Positions 63,677-64,000 of a stretch of DNA of 64,000 bases are shown piece by piece. The notes under the pieces were generated by a model that saw only the letters and a list, made by a program, of their open reading frames with translations, did no database searches and had not been told where the DNA came from. Location: positions 28,768,001 through 28,832,000 of the forward strand of contig NC_042998.1 of the NCBI RefSeq assembly GCF_006345805.1, read 5' to 3'. The first letter of the stretch is position 1; each line of letters opens with the position of its first letter. The translations under genes and the position numbers were made by a program. Source of the DNA: Octopus sinensis. Its lineage: Eukaryota.

Positions 63677-64000
63677 TACAGAACACCACAAATAAATGTA
63701 GAACACAACGAGAAACGAAAACATAAAATCAAACAAAGAAACGGACTTTTTTTAACAATGAAAAAACAGAGTACAAGACAAACAATACAAGGAATATTCC
63801 CCTTCATCAGCTGCCCCTGGTTCGACTCAATACGTGTTTCGAACATACACACGCTCCTGCACATTCAATGAATGCACACATAAAACAAGAGCAAAACAGA
63901 GTGTGAATGCACCTGCTGTATCAATGATGCCAGGACACATACATTATCATTACACATAATCTTTATTTTATGAACTCTTTCAAATCTCTTTTATCATATT

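Overview
Repeat-saturated, AT-rich animal genomic DNA, most likely a coleoid cephalopod such as Octopus (inferred from SINE/LINE content and very long TA/GATA/CAT microsatellites; not verifiable here). No host protein-coding gene can be called; nearly all ORFs in the track are microsatellite artefacts. Supported content: one variant tRNA-Lys(UUU); decayed transposon coding remnants (CR1/L2, RTE x3, maT/DD37D, mariner, Gypsy pol, possibly a Penelope GIY-YIG); a solo LTR; non-autonomous Helitrons; piggyBac-, hAT- and Tc1-like MITEs; about 15 5'-truncated RTE 3'UTR copies and several tRNA-derived SINE families. The strongest unexplained signal is a set of minimal hammerhead ribozyme (HHR) motifs of the Penelope type from at least five families. 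Two stand out: a tRNA-headed SINE carrying an internal HHR inside a 14-bp target-site duplication (9000-9245), and a near-perfect 227/228-bp fold-back palindrome with a canonical HHR in each arm (62465-62924). SINE/LINE/MITE boundaries are approximate unless a TSD or terminal motif is given.
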